Shown here: positions 1 to 12,713 of the stretch, piece after piece
How the letters are laid out: the number at the start of each line of letters is the position of its first letter
Numbering within the stretch: position 1 is the stretch's first letter
Notes under the pieces: generated by a model
What the model saw: the letters and a program-made list of their open reading frames with translations, nothing else
Told to the model about the DNA's origin: nothing
Databases searched by the model: none
Made by a program: the position numbers and the translations under genes
Assembly: GCF_006345805.1 (NCBI RefSeq)
Contig: NC_043009.1
Span: 13,206,001-13,270,000, forward strand
Direction of reading: 5' to 3'
Length of the DNA stretch: 64,000 bases
Source: Octopus sinensis
Lineage: Eukaryota

Positions 1-849
1 CAAGCTGATGTTGACAAGAAGTAAACCCATCAGTGGCTACGGAGCTCAGGGGCTAAAAGCAGAGAGCGAAGGTTTCATCCTGGCTGCTCAAGATCAAAGC
101 CTATTAACCCGGAACTACCAGGCCAATGTGATGAAAAATGAAGCAGACCCAAAATGCCGATTCTGCAACAACATGATTGAAACAGTGGACCACCTAATCT
201 CTGGATGTAAAGTCTTAGCACCAGTGGAGTATAAATTAAGACATGACAGAGTTGGCCAATATCTACACTGGCTAATAAGTCGGCATTACAATATCAAAAC
301 TGCCGACAAGTGGTATAATCACCACCCTGAGGCTGTAACTGGAGAAAATGTAACCATTCTGTGGGACTTTCCAGTACATACAGACCGAACCATCAAGGCC
401 AATAAACCAGATATTGTTGTGAAAGACCAAAACAAGCTCAGAAAATATAAAGACCTACTCATTGAAATTGAGAAAATGTGGCATCTCAAGGCGGTTACAA
501 TACCAGTGATCGTAGGAGCACTAGGAATGATCAAGAAGGGAACCGAAAATTATATGAGAATGATCCCTGGCTTACCATCCCTGCAAGAAGTGCAAAAGAT
601 TTTCTTAACTGGTACATCACACGTATTGAGAAGAGCATTGTCGATGTGAGAACTGTTGCTGCTCATGTATTTTAATTTAACTAAAAAAGAAAAAAATGAA
701 CGAACTATTGAGTTTGGTTTAATGGCCTACCAATGTATACTATGAGTTTCTTTGCCCTAGGAGTCGGGAAGACACTCGGCAAGAAATGGAAGCAAATTTG
801 AAAGAAGAAAAAAAATAGTAATATTAATAATAATAATAATAATAATGAT

Positions 850-899
<50 letters not shown>
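1..899 (+). mobile_element. 3' end of R4/Dong-like non-LTR retrotransposon (CCHC knuckle + restriction-like endonuclease, 3' UTR, (TAA)n tail)
   Basis: ORF 8-649 has CRFC..ETVDHLISGC, RHDRV, KPDIVV, KYKDL and IPVIVGALG, typical of REL-type LINE C-termini. A 3' UTR runs into (TAA)n at ~816-899. Confidence 0.9.
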
Positions 900-901
<2 letters not shown>

Positions 902-1546
902 TAGACCATGTTTAGTAAATCTTAAAACTATAATATTTACAACTTTCTGTGAAAAAGTTTTCCTCGTTTTCGTTTCTGCTCTCTGAGTATTTGAAAAGAT
1001 AAACATCCTTTTCGTTGCAAAAACACTACTGCAGTCTCCAACTGGTCAGACAAACGAACATCTCAAGAAAACTAAAGAACTTTAATATATTAAGTTTTGA
1101 GTGAAACTTTGATCTTTCTTTTCTACTTGACTACCCATATATGTAAACATACCTTTTATTGCAACATCACAACTGAATACAGAAATTCAAAAATTTATCG
1201 ACGTGGAGATTAGTATATATATATATATATATAATTTTTTCTACCAGTAATTACAAATAGAATAGGGTGAATTGCTTCTTTTCAAAGCCAAGGTCAGCTC
1301 TCTTATTGGTCGCTAGTAATAGTAAACACATGTTTTGACCTCTGCTGACCCAAGGGGGGCGAGGTTCTTTTGTCTTCTATTACTGACCTCTTCATCATCT
1401 GTCGAATCAATTTATAGACCTGTAGAATTTGATCTATTCACCAAGCTGCTACACTTCCCCCAACTATTTCATTCAACAACCACATATTTATGATTACCTC
1501 AAGTGCAAGACAAGCATTGAAAATAACGAATATTTAATAAAATCTT

Positions 1547-1669
1547 TTAATAATAAATGTAAATAGTAATAATGATAATAACAATAGTAGTAGCGGTGAT
1601 GGTGATAATGATTATTGTAAAAATAATAATAATAATAATAATAATATAATAATAATAATAATAATAATA

Positions 1670-1740
<71 letters not shown>

Positions 1741-1755
1741 TATAATAATAATGAT
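1547..1755. repeat. (TAA)n microsatellite
   Basis: Long imperfect AAT run. Confidence 0.95.
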
Positions 1756-2017
1756 ATACTTCAGCTGCTAATACCACAACTACTACTAATCTGATAGCAC
1801 AGAAATCTTAGGCCCAACTACCCTACTACCACTACGCCTCCTCTACTCCTTTTGCTATTGCTGCCACCACTGCTGCTCCAACACGAGAGCAAAAGTAGCA
1901 ATAATTAATATAAGAACATCAACAACACTGGAAGTAACTCAAATCCACCACCGCCTGGGAGCCCGTAGTTAAAGAATATAGCCTAGCTAGCGACAAAAAT
2001 CTACAAAAATCTCCATA

Positions 2018-2085
<68 letters not shown>

Positions 2086-3054
2086 GATTTGAGAAGAGAA
2101 ATGGTATTGTAGGAAATTACCAGTTGCATTCTAATATTCATTTGAAACTTTTTGAGTTTTAAGTCTATCGGTGAAAGTACTTCCGTACTTGATCAATTCT
2201 ATAAAGAAGCACATTGAGTCACTTCAAATGAAAGTACACAAGCATTCCAATAAAGCATGTGAGACGGTATCTGTAAACAATACATATTGTTATATGCATA
2301 GATGTCATTATGTGTGCATGTATTCAAACATCTCTCCCTCTCTGTCTTTATATATATATATATGCATATATATATATATATATATATCTGCATATATATA
2401 CATACGCATACATACATATATGTATGTGTGTGTATGCTTGTATGTAGTGTGTCTATCTGCGTGTGTGAGTGGTGTGTATTGACATAAAGAAGGGGAATTG
2501 CTCATTAAATTCAAGTAAATCCTCACTTGTCGTCTGCCTATATCCTCACGATTATCAGACTATTAAGACAAGCAAGACAAATAGCTACAAGCCTTCTCTA
2601 GCGCAGAGGCACGTACTGAAATCAACTCTTAAAACGTTGGACAAAAATTAGCTATCGCATCATCTAGAGGAATTAATTGATTGTAAAATGGATAAAGTAC
2701 TCCACTTAATTTGGTTTACATGCGCACAAAATGTATCCCTTTCTCCCTCTGTATATATATATATATATATCTTTCAGGTGGGCGGGTGGGGTGTTTGCAT
2801 ATAATTTATAATAATTTATATAGGTTATATTTAACCGATGCAAAGTTAATTGCATAAAAACAAGTTTGTAGTTCCTTAGATTTTCAGTATTCAAAACGCA
2901 AAATTAGAGGAGGGGAAGGATATGCGAGGGATAGGGTTGGTCGCATATTTTAAAAAAATTTGTTAATTTATTTCTCACACCAAAATGAAAATAAACACCA
3001 ATCAATATGTGGATTCGACTTAAAAATTTCGAGATTCCTCTTTATATATATATA

Positions 3055-3468
3055 GGCACAGGAGTGGCTGTGTGGTAAGTAGCTTGCTAACCAACCACAT
3101 GGTTCCGGGTTCAGTCCCACTGCGTGGCATCTTGGGCAAGTGTCTTCTGCTATAGCCCCGGGCCGACCAATGCCTTGTGAGTGGATTTGGTAGACGGAAA
3201 CTGAAAGAAGCCTGTCGTATATATGTATATATATATATATAAGTGTGTGTGTATATGTTTGTGTGTCTGTGTTTATCCCCCTATCATTGCTTGACAACCG
3301 ATGCTGGTGTGTTTACGTCCCCGTAACTTAGCGGTTCGGCAAAAGAGACCGATAGAATAAGTACTGGGCTTACAAAAGAATAAGTCCCGGGGTCGATTTG
3401 CTCGACTAAAGGCGGTGCTCCAGCATGGCCGCAGTCAAATGACTGAAACAAGTAAAAGAGTAAAGAGT
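3055..3468 (+). mobile_element. tRNA-derived SINE family A (CORE-like body, internal TA/TG microsatellite), full length
   Basis: A-box-like TGGCTGTGTGG and B-box-like GGTTCAGTCCC; CTTGGGCAAGTG body; AAAGAGT tail. Similar copies at 45103 and 56801. Confidence 0.9.
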
Positions 3469-3490
3469 ATATGTGTGTGTGTGTGTGTGT

Positions 3491-3730
3491 GGAGACGCGT
3501 GGGTTAGTGGTTAGGGTGTTAGCACCATGATCGTAAGATTGTGCTTTCGATTCCTGGACTGGGCGATGCGTTGTGTTCTGAGCAAAACACTTTATTATAC
3601 GTTGCTCCAGTCCACTCAGCTGGCAAAAATGAGTAACGCTGCGATGGTCTGGCGTCCCGTCCAGCTGGGGAACACATTCGCCATTGAAACCGGGAAACCG
3701 GGCCCATGAGCCTGGCTAGGCTTTAAAAGG

Positions 3731-3735
<5 letters not shown>
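3491..3735 (+). mobile_element. tRNA-derived SINE related to family B, with V/Meta-like central block
   Basis: tRNA-like head GGGTTAGTGGTTAGG...TTCGATTCC. Block GCGATGGTCTGGCGTCCCGTCCAG and GAAACCGGGAAACCGG are shared with the copy at 8912. Confidence 0.8.
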
Positions 3736-3819
<84 letters not shown>

Positions 3820-4500
3820 CAGCGTGCGTAAGGTATTTGAGGACATAAATTTCTTTGCTCATTGTTGAATTTTTTGTTTACTCTGTATAATCTTTGTTTC
3901 AGAAAATAATAATGACAGATCCTCACCTTACCCAAGAAATAAAGAGGCATGCTGTTATCGTAGTTATAAAAGCTAGGCATTGCGATTTAGAAATATCTTG
4001 ACTTTTAAAATTTGCCAGATCTTTCGTCTACAAAGCTTGTAAGGAGCTAGAGACAGAAGATCGAAACGTATCACCAGTATCAAAGCATTCTAAACGCCCT
4101 GAAATCATAAGAACACCTGAATTCATCCGGCAAGTTCAACAGACAATTCATTACACTCCCAGAAAGTCCATGAGGTCAGTTGCAAAAGATCTCCATGTGT
4201 GAGAAGAAACAGTCAGAAATGTCCACGAAGACAACTGTTATAAATCTTATATGATGATGAAAGGTTAATTTGTCAGAAAAAGCAAAAGAATATCACGAAA
4301 TCAAACTTAAAAGGCTCTTAAACAAAGTGAAAAATCCAGCAGAAGATTTGATTTGGGTTTTCTCAAATGAGAAAAACTTCGAAGAAGATCAAAAAGTTAA
4401 CAGAAAAAATGGCAGATGGTTATGTTCAAGTCTTTCTGAAGTTCCAAGTGTTATTCATACAAAATTTCCTGCATCTATAAGGTTTTAGGGGTTGTCAGAA
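3820..4500 (+). mobile_element. Truncated, decayed Tc1/mariner-superfamily transposon, probably maT/DD37D type
   Basis: TA|CAG start. Disrupted ORF from ATG 3912 with HTH-like RKSMRSVAKDLHV and VFSNEKNF..DQKVNRKNGRWL..HTKFPAS. Stops and frameshifts present; no right end. Confidence 0.75.
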
Positions 4501-4781
4501 GTGGAAAAAAGAAGGATAGGTAGCTGTTGGTCACGTGTGAGCAACGAGAGAGTCAAAGAAGAAGAAGAAGAAGAGAGAGAGAGAGAGAGAGAGGGAGGAA
4601 CGGCGAAGGTGGGTAGGAGGAGAATTAGAGAAAGAGTAAGAGAGAAAAGCAGAAAGGAAGAACAAGAGAGGGAGATAGAATAGAGATAGGTTGTAGAGTG
4701 CGCATCAGAATTATTACGATAAAACTTACTTGGAAATGGATGCGTGGCGTTTGATCATAAAATAATAGAAATTATATATAT

Positions 4782-4839
<58 letters not shown>

Positions 4840-5137
4840 CATACATAGGAGTAGAAAGGTTTGAATGTAGATTTGTCCTTTAATTTGGATGTTTCCAAAA
4901 AGGTTTCTAACGTTGATTATTCATATTTTGCTGGTAGTTTACAGACGTAAATTTGCGAATACGAAAATAGTACTTGCATATGACGTGTGGTGACTTTAGG
5001 GAGAGAAACCCACAAAACTCAGCAGTTTAGTTAAAAATGGAAAAGACAAATTTCTAAAATATATAACAGAACTGGCACCATGGCATCGAGAAATACCCCC
5101 TCTTAGATTTCCGGCCTCGTGATTATGTCAGAAACAA

Positions 5138-5520
5138 AGGTGGTGAGCTGGCAGGGCTATTAGCGCTTCGGAAAAATTGCCTTCCATCCTTCGCGGTCAG
5201 TAAAATGAGTACGAGTTTAGCCCTCATGCACCCAGAAAATTGCCGCACATGAAGAAAAACTGGAAACCATTATAACAGTATTATTACTTTAATGCCACAA
5301 GTCAATAGGGCTATTAGCGCTTCTGGCAAAATGCTTCATGGCATTTGTTCGGGGTTTTTTTTTACGTTTTCAGCGCAAATCCTTCTGATGTCGACTTCGC
5401 CTTTCCTCTTTCAGAGTCGATAAAATAAAATATCAACAAAGTATTTTGGTCAAAATAAACAATTATTACCCTTCTCTCTAAAATTATAGGCCTTGTACCA
5501 AAATTTGAAATAATTATAAA
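5138..5520 (+). mobile_element. Degraded SINE family C fragments
   Basis: GGTGAGCTGGCAG head and GTCGACTTCGCCTTTC..GTCGATAAAAT core, resembling the copies at 6833 and 34232. Confidence 0.6.
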
Positions 5521-6832
5521 TGTCATCTTCATCACATGGTAGAATAAGTGAGGCACGTTTCAGTTTGAACTGCGAAAGCTTTTGTAATTATCATTTTTGA
5601 AAGAAGGAGGGTCAAATTTTAATTGAATTTTTCTGAAATATTACAGATTGTCTTTTAACGAATGAAAAAAAATTCTTTTCTGGATCATTATACCGTTTTT
5701 TTTTGTATTTTACGATCACAAATAGCAACACGTTCATAAAAACGAAGATAATTTTCAACAAAAAAAAAATCAAAACAGCTATTGTATTGTTACAAGGAAC
5801 AGATAAAAAGATATTGACATCCAACTGTATTGGCAAGACTAAAAGTACAAACAGCGTAATGCGTGAAAGCAACATTTCGTTTCCTGATGTTACACGTAAC
5901 TCTCAATATCTAAATATAGGAGAACTACAAAGAGTAATCTACAGTACATGTTTTACGTTTCAAAATACTATTTTCCTCTTTAACTGCCTTATTTTGAAAT
6001 GAAAAGAAGAATAAAAGTAAATGAGAAAAACACACGTATGCGGTGAGAACTGAAGTGCCCCAGGAAAACATGTAGTTATTTGTGTCAAGAAAGAGAGTGC
6101 TGTTTCTTGTACTTTATGACTCCCGAATCCCACAAAGTTATCCAAAAACTCTAAACTATTGTACGTGCAGGGAAGAGGGCAAACGTATGGGTGATTTAGA
6201 TTAGAAATCAAAACTGCTATATGTATGTTGGTGTAACATTCATTTGCAGGCTTCCAGTAAGAGAAGTATTAAGAAGCAGAAGTGGAAAGTAGGTAGTAGA
6301 CAACCGAGTCAATACCAGTCAGACTTTGAAATGAAATGGTTTCAAAAACCGACTGGCATAGAGATGGCTAAAGACCACAATAAGCAATGACATCCCATTA
6401 TATTGCAAAAACCGGGAAGGAAGGACACGATTGTTAAAATCTAGAGCAGCGAAACAGAAAGAAAAAAGTTCAACACTAGAAATGAGCTAATCCGAAATCA
6501 AGCAAGACTGCTCAAATCAAAGCCCACCTGAAAGGAGGTCTTGATTTTCGGTGATAAGAAAGAAAGACTTATCGAATTCTGTGAGTTCTATGTTAAAACT
6601 ACAGAAAACAAACTGGTTGATATACAGATTGAAAGTGAAAATAACTGCATAATATAGTTTATATAGAACAAGACAAAAACAAAATTAATCTCAAGCTTTT
6701 GTTCATTACTCTCCTTTCTTATTTCCCTTTACATATTCTTAAAACATGGAGCACAAATATCCTTCGTGATAAAAGTCAGCTCGATGACAATCAACATATT
6801 TAACTCATCAAAAATCCCTGTTTCAAGACACC

Positions 6833-7130
6833 AAGCGAGCAGAATCGTTAGAACACCGCACAAAATGCTTAGCAGCATTTCGTCTGTCCTTATGTTCTGA
6901 GTTCAAATTCCACCGAGGTCGACTTTGCTTTTCATCCTTTCGGGATCGATAAATTAAGTATCACTTGTGTACTGGGGTCGATCTAATCGACTGGCCCCTC
7001 CCCCAAAATTTCGGGCCTTGTGCCTAGAGTAGAAAAAGACAAAATATGTACCAGTTGACGGCTAGGTCGATGTAATTGACAAACCTTCTCCACATCTGCT
7101 GGCTTTGTTCCAAAATTTGAAACCAATATT
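6833..7130 (+). mobile_element. SINE family C (Nin/Deu-like core)
   Basis: GCAGAATCGTTAG..GAGTTCAAATTCC..GAGGTCGACTTTGCTTTTCATCCTTTCGGGATCGATAAATTAAGTA, followed by a partial second tail. Confidence 0.85.
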
Positions 7131-7791
7131 CCCTGGTTCATATTTTATATCATTTTTCCATTTACGAAACACGTTTTCAAAGGTGTTAAAGAAGAGTATA
7201 TATGGTGCTACGAATCGTACATCATGGCATTTAGTTTACGAATTTCGACGCAATTTCCATGTATTCAGCAAGGAATATATCACTAAAATTATTTAAAAAA
7301 ATATTTTTAAGAGTTTAAAAATATGAAGCCACCAGTTCACTCTTTACAATGGACTTCCACCTATTTTCATTTACTCTCTTCACAGGAGAAAGTCCAATCT
7401 AAATTTTGCTGTACAATAATTAGATTTCGTGAAAATCTTGATGTCAATTTTAATCAGTCAAATTTTAATCAATAAAATTTTCGTTTCAGTCTAATTTCTC
7501 AAAGATCTTTAACTTCTCTGGTATAACTTATTCTCTGGGTGATGTGGTCAGATTCGAAACCCTTTCGGAAATCAATTTACACCTTTTAAATGTGTAACAG
7601 AAATTTTAACACATTCACCAGCAACTTGCTTTTGAAAACTTACATTTAAATGCTGAAAATCCATGGTGGTCAGCGTTTTAAAAGATACATAGCATTTTTC
7701 ATCTATTGAGGTTTGTGTCAAAATTCTCATTTCTCCAGATATTTCGAAACCTCTTTGGCATATTTTTTGTGTACGTCGTACCTGAAGCCTC

Positions 7792-7851
<60 letters not shown>

Positions 7852-7856
<5 letters not shown>

Positions 7857-8058
7857 TGTGTGTCTGTGTTTGTCTCCCATCGATTGTTGCTGGTGTGTTT
7901 ACGTTCCCATAACATAGCGGTGAGGCAAAAGACCGATAGAATAAGTACTAGGCTTACAAATAATAATTCCTGGGGTCGACTTGCTCGACTAAAAGCGACA
8001 CTCCAGCATGGCCGCTAGCAAATGACTGGCACAAGTAAGAAGGAAAAAGAAAGAAGAA
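7852..8058 (+). mobile_element. SINE family A, 3' half
   Basis: Matches ~3257-3468. Confidence 0.85.
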
Positions 8059-8399
8059 TATCCCGTACATATGATATAACCTTTAGTTAAATTGCTTATA
8101 TTTGCCACGTAAATAAGCGTGAATATTTCACGGAATTGCACTTATGTACATGTGTTAGGTGATAGGTGATATAAAAAATTTAGTTCAATTTAAAAATTAC
8201 ACTTTACACTATCCACGCAGCACCACCACCACCTCTACCATCACCATCTACACCACCATCACCACCACCACCACCACCATCCTCATCTTCCCCACACCTC
8301 TCTCCTCTTCTCTCTCCTACCTCTCTGTCTCTCACTCCCTCTCTCTGCCTTTCTTTAACATTCGCCGTCAGAACATCAGAGCTCTGATAAAATTATATT

Positions 8400-8432
<33 letters not shown>

Positions 8433-8911
8433 TCATCACTTCCTTCAATTAACTTTTTTAATGGCTCAATAAATATTACGTTCCCCCTACCACACGTCAT
8501 GATGCTCTTTTTCTCTCTGTGTCTTTTCTCTCTCTCTCTTTCTGTCTCACTCTTCGCCTTATCCTCTTTTTCTCTCTCTCCTTTCCTTTCTCCTCTCTTT
8601 CCCTTCAGCGTTACGACTACATTCCCTCTACCACACGTCACGGACACTTCTCTCTCTCTTTTTCTCGCTCCCTCTTTCTTTCTCCATCTCTTATCTCTAA
8701 TCACGTGAAAAAGTAACCGACAGGCTAAGTAACGTAATGACAAGCAGGATGATTATAAGATGATGAGTTGAAAATAATTACTTGTTTATTCTTTGAGCAA
8801 TATCTGTATAAATGTTCTATATGTATGCAAATAAATGACTCCAATTTTGTTGATCCTTAATGACTTTGACTGGGCTTGTCACGCATTTCGTGCACCACTT
8901 CATATGTATTG

Positions 8912-9222
8912 TGGAGGCACATGGCCTAGTGGTTAGAGCAGCGGACTCGCGGTCGAGGGATCGCGGGTTCGAATCTCAGATCGGGCGATGTATGTTTTTA
9001 TGAGCGAAACACCTAATTTCCACGCCGCTCCGGCAGAAGGTAATGGCAAAACTTCTGCTGACTCTTTCACCTCAACATTCTCTCATTCTTTCCTCCTGCA
9101 TCTTGCAGCTCACCTGCGACGGACTGGCGTTCCGTCCAGGTGGGGAACCTATACGCCAAGAAACCGGGAAACCGGCCGTTATGAGCCAGGCATTCCTCGA
9201 GAAGGAACAAACAACAAAACAA
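8912..9222 (+). mobile_element. SINE family B (tRNA-like head)
   Basis: TGGCCTAGTGGTTAGAGCAGCGGACTCGCGGTCG..GGTTCGAATC head, shared with 19456(-) and 42929(+). Confidence 0.85.
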
Positions 9223-11113
9223 CAACTTTATATGTATTCTGATACTATCGCATGATTTTACTCTGGATGTTACATAATATATCTTCAGATTTTTCAAGGA
9301 CTGCTCTTGCTTGTTTGTCGATTTTTTGAATATTTATATTTTAATTTTTTCCATCTCTTTATAGTAAATTTATTCAATATTTTTGAATATTTTGTTCCAT
9401 TCATTGTCTTATTTTACTCTTAAATCTACTCATCCACTAAGCTCTTACTTTTTCCTGCCGTATAAGAATTGTTATTTCGTTTGATTAATTGTCATAGTCA
9501 TTTGTGTCTTTTCTGTATGCAGTTGCTTTATATTGGATATGTTTTTCGATGCATTCTGGATTTCACGCAGTATTTCTACGTATTTTTTATTCATTTTCTT
9601 TCATAACCTCTTGAGTTTTCTCTTCTCGATTGCTTTTGGTCTTTGTCGTTCCACTCTTTATTATACACTTCGGTTTTTCTTTGCAACATGTTGCAAAATG
9701 CAAATGAATTGTATAATATGTATTTTTAGGTCGCCAGTCCGTATCACTATAACGTATGGAGCATCATTAGTTGGTTGTAGTAATGCGTATTTCTAATAAT
9801 TATCTGTATTTCTATTATTCATGGCTTGTGAAATATATATCGTGTTTCTTAAAACAAATGTGAATAAAGTTTTGAGAATATGTTTAAACTATATGTATTC
9901 GAGGTTAACAATAATATTTATCGCTAACAGAAATTATGAACAAATATGCTCGACGTTATCAAATATGTGTATGACCAGGAAAAATATAAAAACTTGTTAT
10001 AAGATCCTTTGAGATTACCTAAATAATTTTACCGTTCTTATTATTTCTGTTTTATTTGACGTGTCTAAATGTTTCAAGGCGGAGTCTTCAGCCTGTCGGA
10101 CAGAATGTCTCTTTGTATTTATTCTGTCAATCGGCGCTCTGAATTCAAATTTACTGAGGTGAAAGTTGATTCCATGATTTCGGAATAGAGACAAACGTAC
10201 CATTACCGGGCGGTGAATTGGGGAAATAGTCGAAACTTCGGAGTTGATGCCTTGTGGTGTTTCTTCCAGTTCTCTGAGTCCTGACTTAATCCTCACCTTG
10301 GCCCCTTTTGGTAGTAGACTTTCCGGTGTGCACCACCATCTCGCAAATTTGTTGCCTGCATTAGTCTCCACTCAATTCTGATCATTGTTGACAGTTGCAA
10401 GGATACTCTTCAACTATGGTTTCTGAAATTTTAGATGGTCTATAATTCGCCATAATTCATGATTCAAAGAAAAACATAACCTTCTCTACATATCCTTAAA
10501 GTAATAGTTGAGTATTTTTCCAGTCATGAAACACATTCTTTAAGCACCATAATGCTATTGATTCAAGAGGACATTGGCATTCGTTAAGATTTTAACTCCA
10601 TTTCGCACATTATAACCATCTGTTATTTGATGCTATTCCGATACGTAATACGTTATTCTTGTTTTCGTAATGGAAAATGACGTCAAGCTTATACGACGCC
10701 TAGCAATTTTTGTGGTTATATTACTTCTATCAATCATTTGACTGCGGCCATACTGAAGCACCGCCATTTTCCTTAGTATAGGTATTTTATATGTCAGAAA
10801 TAGACTCATATGTGTATCCCAAAGTATTTCAGAAACGTGTTGAAATATGTTTAGTAGGGACGAGTAGAGATAGGAATTAATTTTGAGGTGATATATTTTA
10901 AGTTTGTGAAGCCGAGTTTCCACTAATCTATGTTCCAGTAATGCTAAATATTTTACACGTCTTTCACAATTATATAATATTTTGTTTCACTCATCTTTCC
11001 ATTTGTTACTTATTAATCCATCCGTCCTGCTTCTTTAACAACCATTGTTTACGTTCTTTAACAACTTTTATCTGTTATTGAATGTATGTCAGCGCATTCT
11101 AATTAAAGGACAG

Positions 11114-11238
11114 CTTCTTCTTCTTCTTCTTCTTCTTCTTCTTCTTCTTCTTCTTCTTCTTCTTCTTCTTTTCTTCTTCTTCTTCTTCTTCTTCTTCTTC
11201 TTCTTCTTCTTCTAATTATTATTATTATTATTATATTA

Positions 11239-11271
<33 letters not shown>

Positions 11272-11280
11272 CATTATTAG
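11114..11280. repeat. Compound (TTC)n-(TTA)n microsatellite
   Basis: Directly visible. Confidence 0.95.
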
Positions 11281-11585
11281 CATTCAGTAGTTTTATTTTT
11301 ATAGCGTGCTTTCACTTCACTACCGAGTGCAGCTCTCTGTGCCTTGGGTATGTGCTGTGATTTGTTGTGATGCTCTGATGGTTACTGTATTGAAAGTGTT
11401 CTGTATAGGATGTGTGCAGTGCCTAGTAGTGCAATTTTCTGTATGTTATATGTGTTTGTAAGTCCTGGCGTTTTTCTTATGTATTTGTCTGAATATTTTT
11501 TTATCATGCCTAATGCACCTACTATGATAGGGATTGTTTCTGTTTTTAGATTCCACATTCTAGTTACCTCTATTTCCAGGTCTTT
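11281..11585 (-). mobile_element. 5'-truncated R4/Dong-like LINE inserted in (TAA)n
   Basis: Minus-strand KDLEIEVTRMWNLKTETIPIIVGALGMIKK..LLGTAHIL, then stop and 3' UTR with AATAAA. TAA repeats lie on both flanks. Confidence 0.9.
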
Positions 11586-11595
11586 GTTATTATTA

Positions 11596-11663
<68 letters not shown>

Positions 11664-11684
11664 CATCTACGTGACTCACTAGTA

Positions 11685-11820
11685 GAATCGTAGCCGCCGG
11701 ACAAATTGATTAGTGTCACTTCTTCCGGGTTTATGTTCTCAGTTCAAATTCCACCGATGTCGTCTTTGCCTTTTATCCCTTTGGAGTCGGTAAAATAAGT
11801 TCCAGTTCAGTACTAATATC
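11685..11820 (+). mobile_element. Degraded SINE family C
   Basis: AGTTCAAATTCCACCGATGTCGTCTTTGCCTTTTATCC core. Confidence 0.65.
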
Positions 11821-12093
11821 GGTTTAATGTCAATGCATAAAGCAATATCACATAAAGCAATGGTGTTATTTGATATAACTTTAGGTTAGTCAAAATGTGT
11901 TTCTAACATTTTAATTTTTATAAGTTATTCTATCTGAGTTATAGTGCAAAAAGATTCTGGCTTTAGGCAACACTTGTAAAAACATCATGTTCCCTCAGTG
12001 TCTTCCTCTAAAAGACTCCCTAAAGCTTTTGTTGCAAAACGATTATACATGTTATCTGCATGTTTTCTAATTGTTAATTTTTAACAATTCACT

Positions 12094-12213
12094 CTGAAAT
12101 CTCCACTTCTGAATTTTGCAAACAATCTTCTACAAGTTGTTTCATTCAAGAATTCTTTCCCATAAACTGAGTGTGTTTCGAGTCGCTTCGGCGGCAGTGT
12201 TTCCTTTTTTGTA
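12094..12213 (-). mobile_element. Isolated internal fragment of mariner transposase
   Basis: Near-identical to 17455-17577. Confidence 0.9.
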
Positions 12214-12304
12214 TTTCGTTATATATTGTTTATTCGTCAGTAACTGAACTTTAAGTTTATAAGAGGCATATCTTCAACTTTTCTGCTCTTTAGTTAGTTT
12301 TCAT

Positions 12305-12713
12305 ATTTCTTTATTGCCTACAAGGGGCTAAACATAGAAGGGACAAACAAGGAGAGACAAACGGATTCAGTCGATTATATCGATCCCGGTGCGTAACTCG
12401 TACTTATTTAATCGATCCCGAAAGGATGAAAGGCAAAGTCGACCTCGGCGGAATTTGAACTCAGAACGTAACGGAAGACGAAATATCTATTTCTTTACTA
12501 CCCACAGAGAGGACAAACAAGGACATACAAACGGATTAAGTCGAGTATATCGACCCAAGTGCGTAACTGGTACTTATTTAATCGACCCCTTTCGAAAGGA
12601 TGAAAGACAAAGTTGTCCTAGGCAGAATTTGAACTCGGAACGTAGCGGCGGCAGACGAAATACGGTTACGCATTTCGCCCGGCGTGCTTAACGTTTCTGC
12701 CATCTCGCAGCCT
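12305..12713 (-). mobile_element. SINE family C with tandem duplication of its 3' part
   Basis: The unit GGACAAACAAGGA..ACAAACGGATT..GAAAGGATGAAAG..GAATTTGAACTC..GAACGTA occurs twice. Confidence 0.85.

Noticed and set aside
1310-1405. Minus-strand ATGATGA..GGTC-AAAACATGT next to a TA tract
   Set aside because: Both core strands are mismatched and there is no clear stem II.
2772-3045. Non-repetitive segment between TA runs, possibly a Helitron 5' end
   Set aside because: No CTAG end, TIR or second copy in the window.
8912-8990. tRNA-like sequences here and at 3055, 19380-19456 and 42929
   Set aside because: They are SINE heads continuing into repeat bodies. No complete cloverleaf with an acceptor stem is evident.
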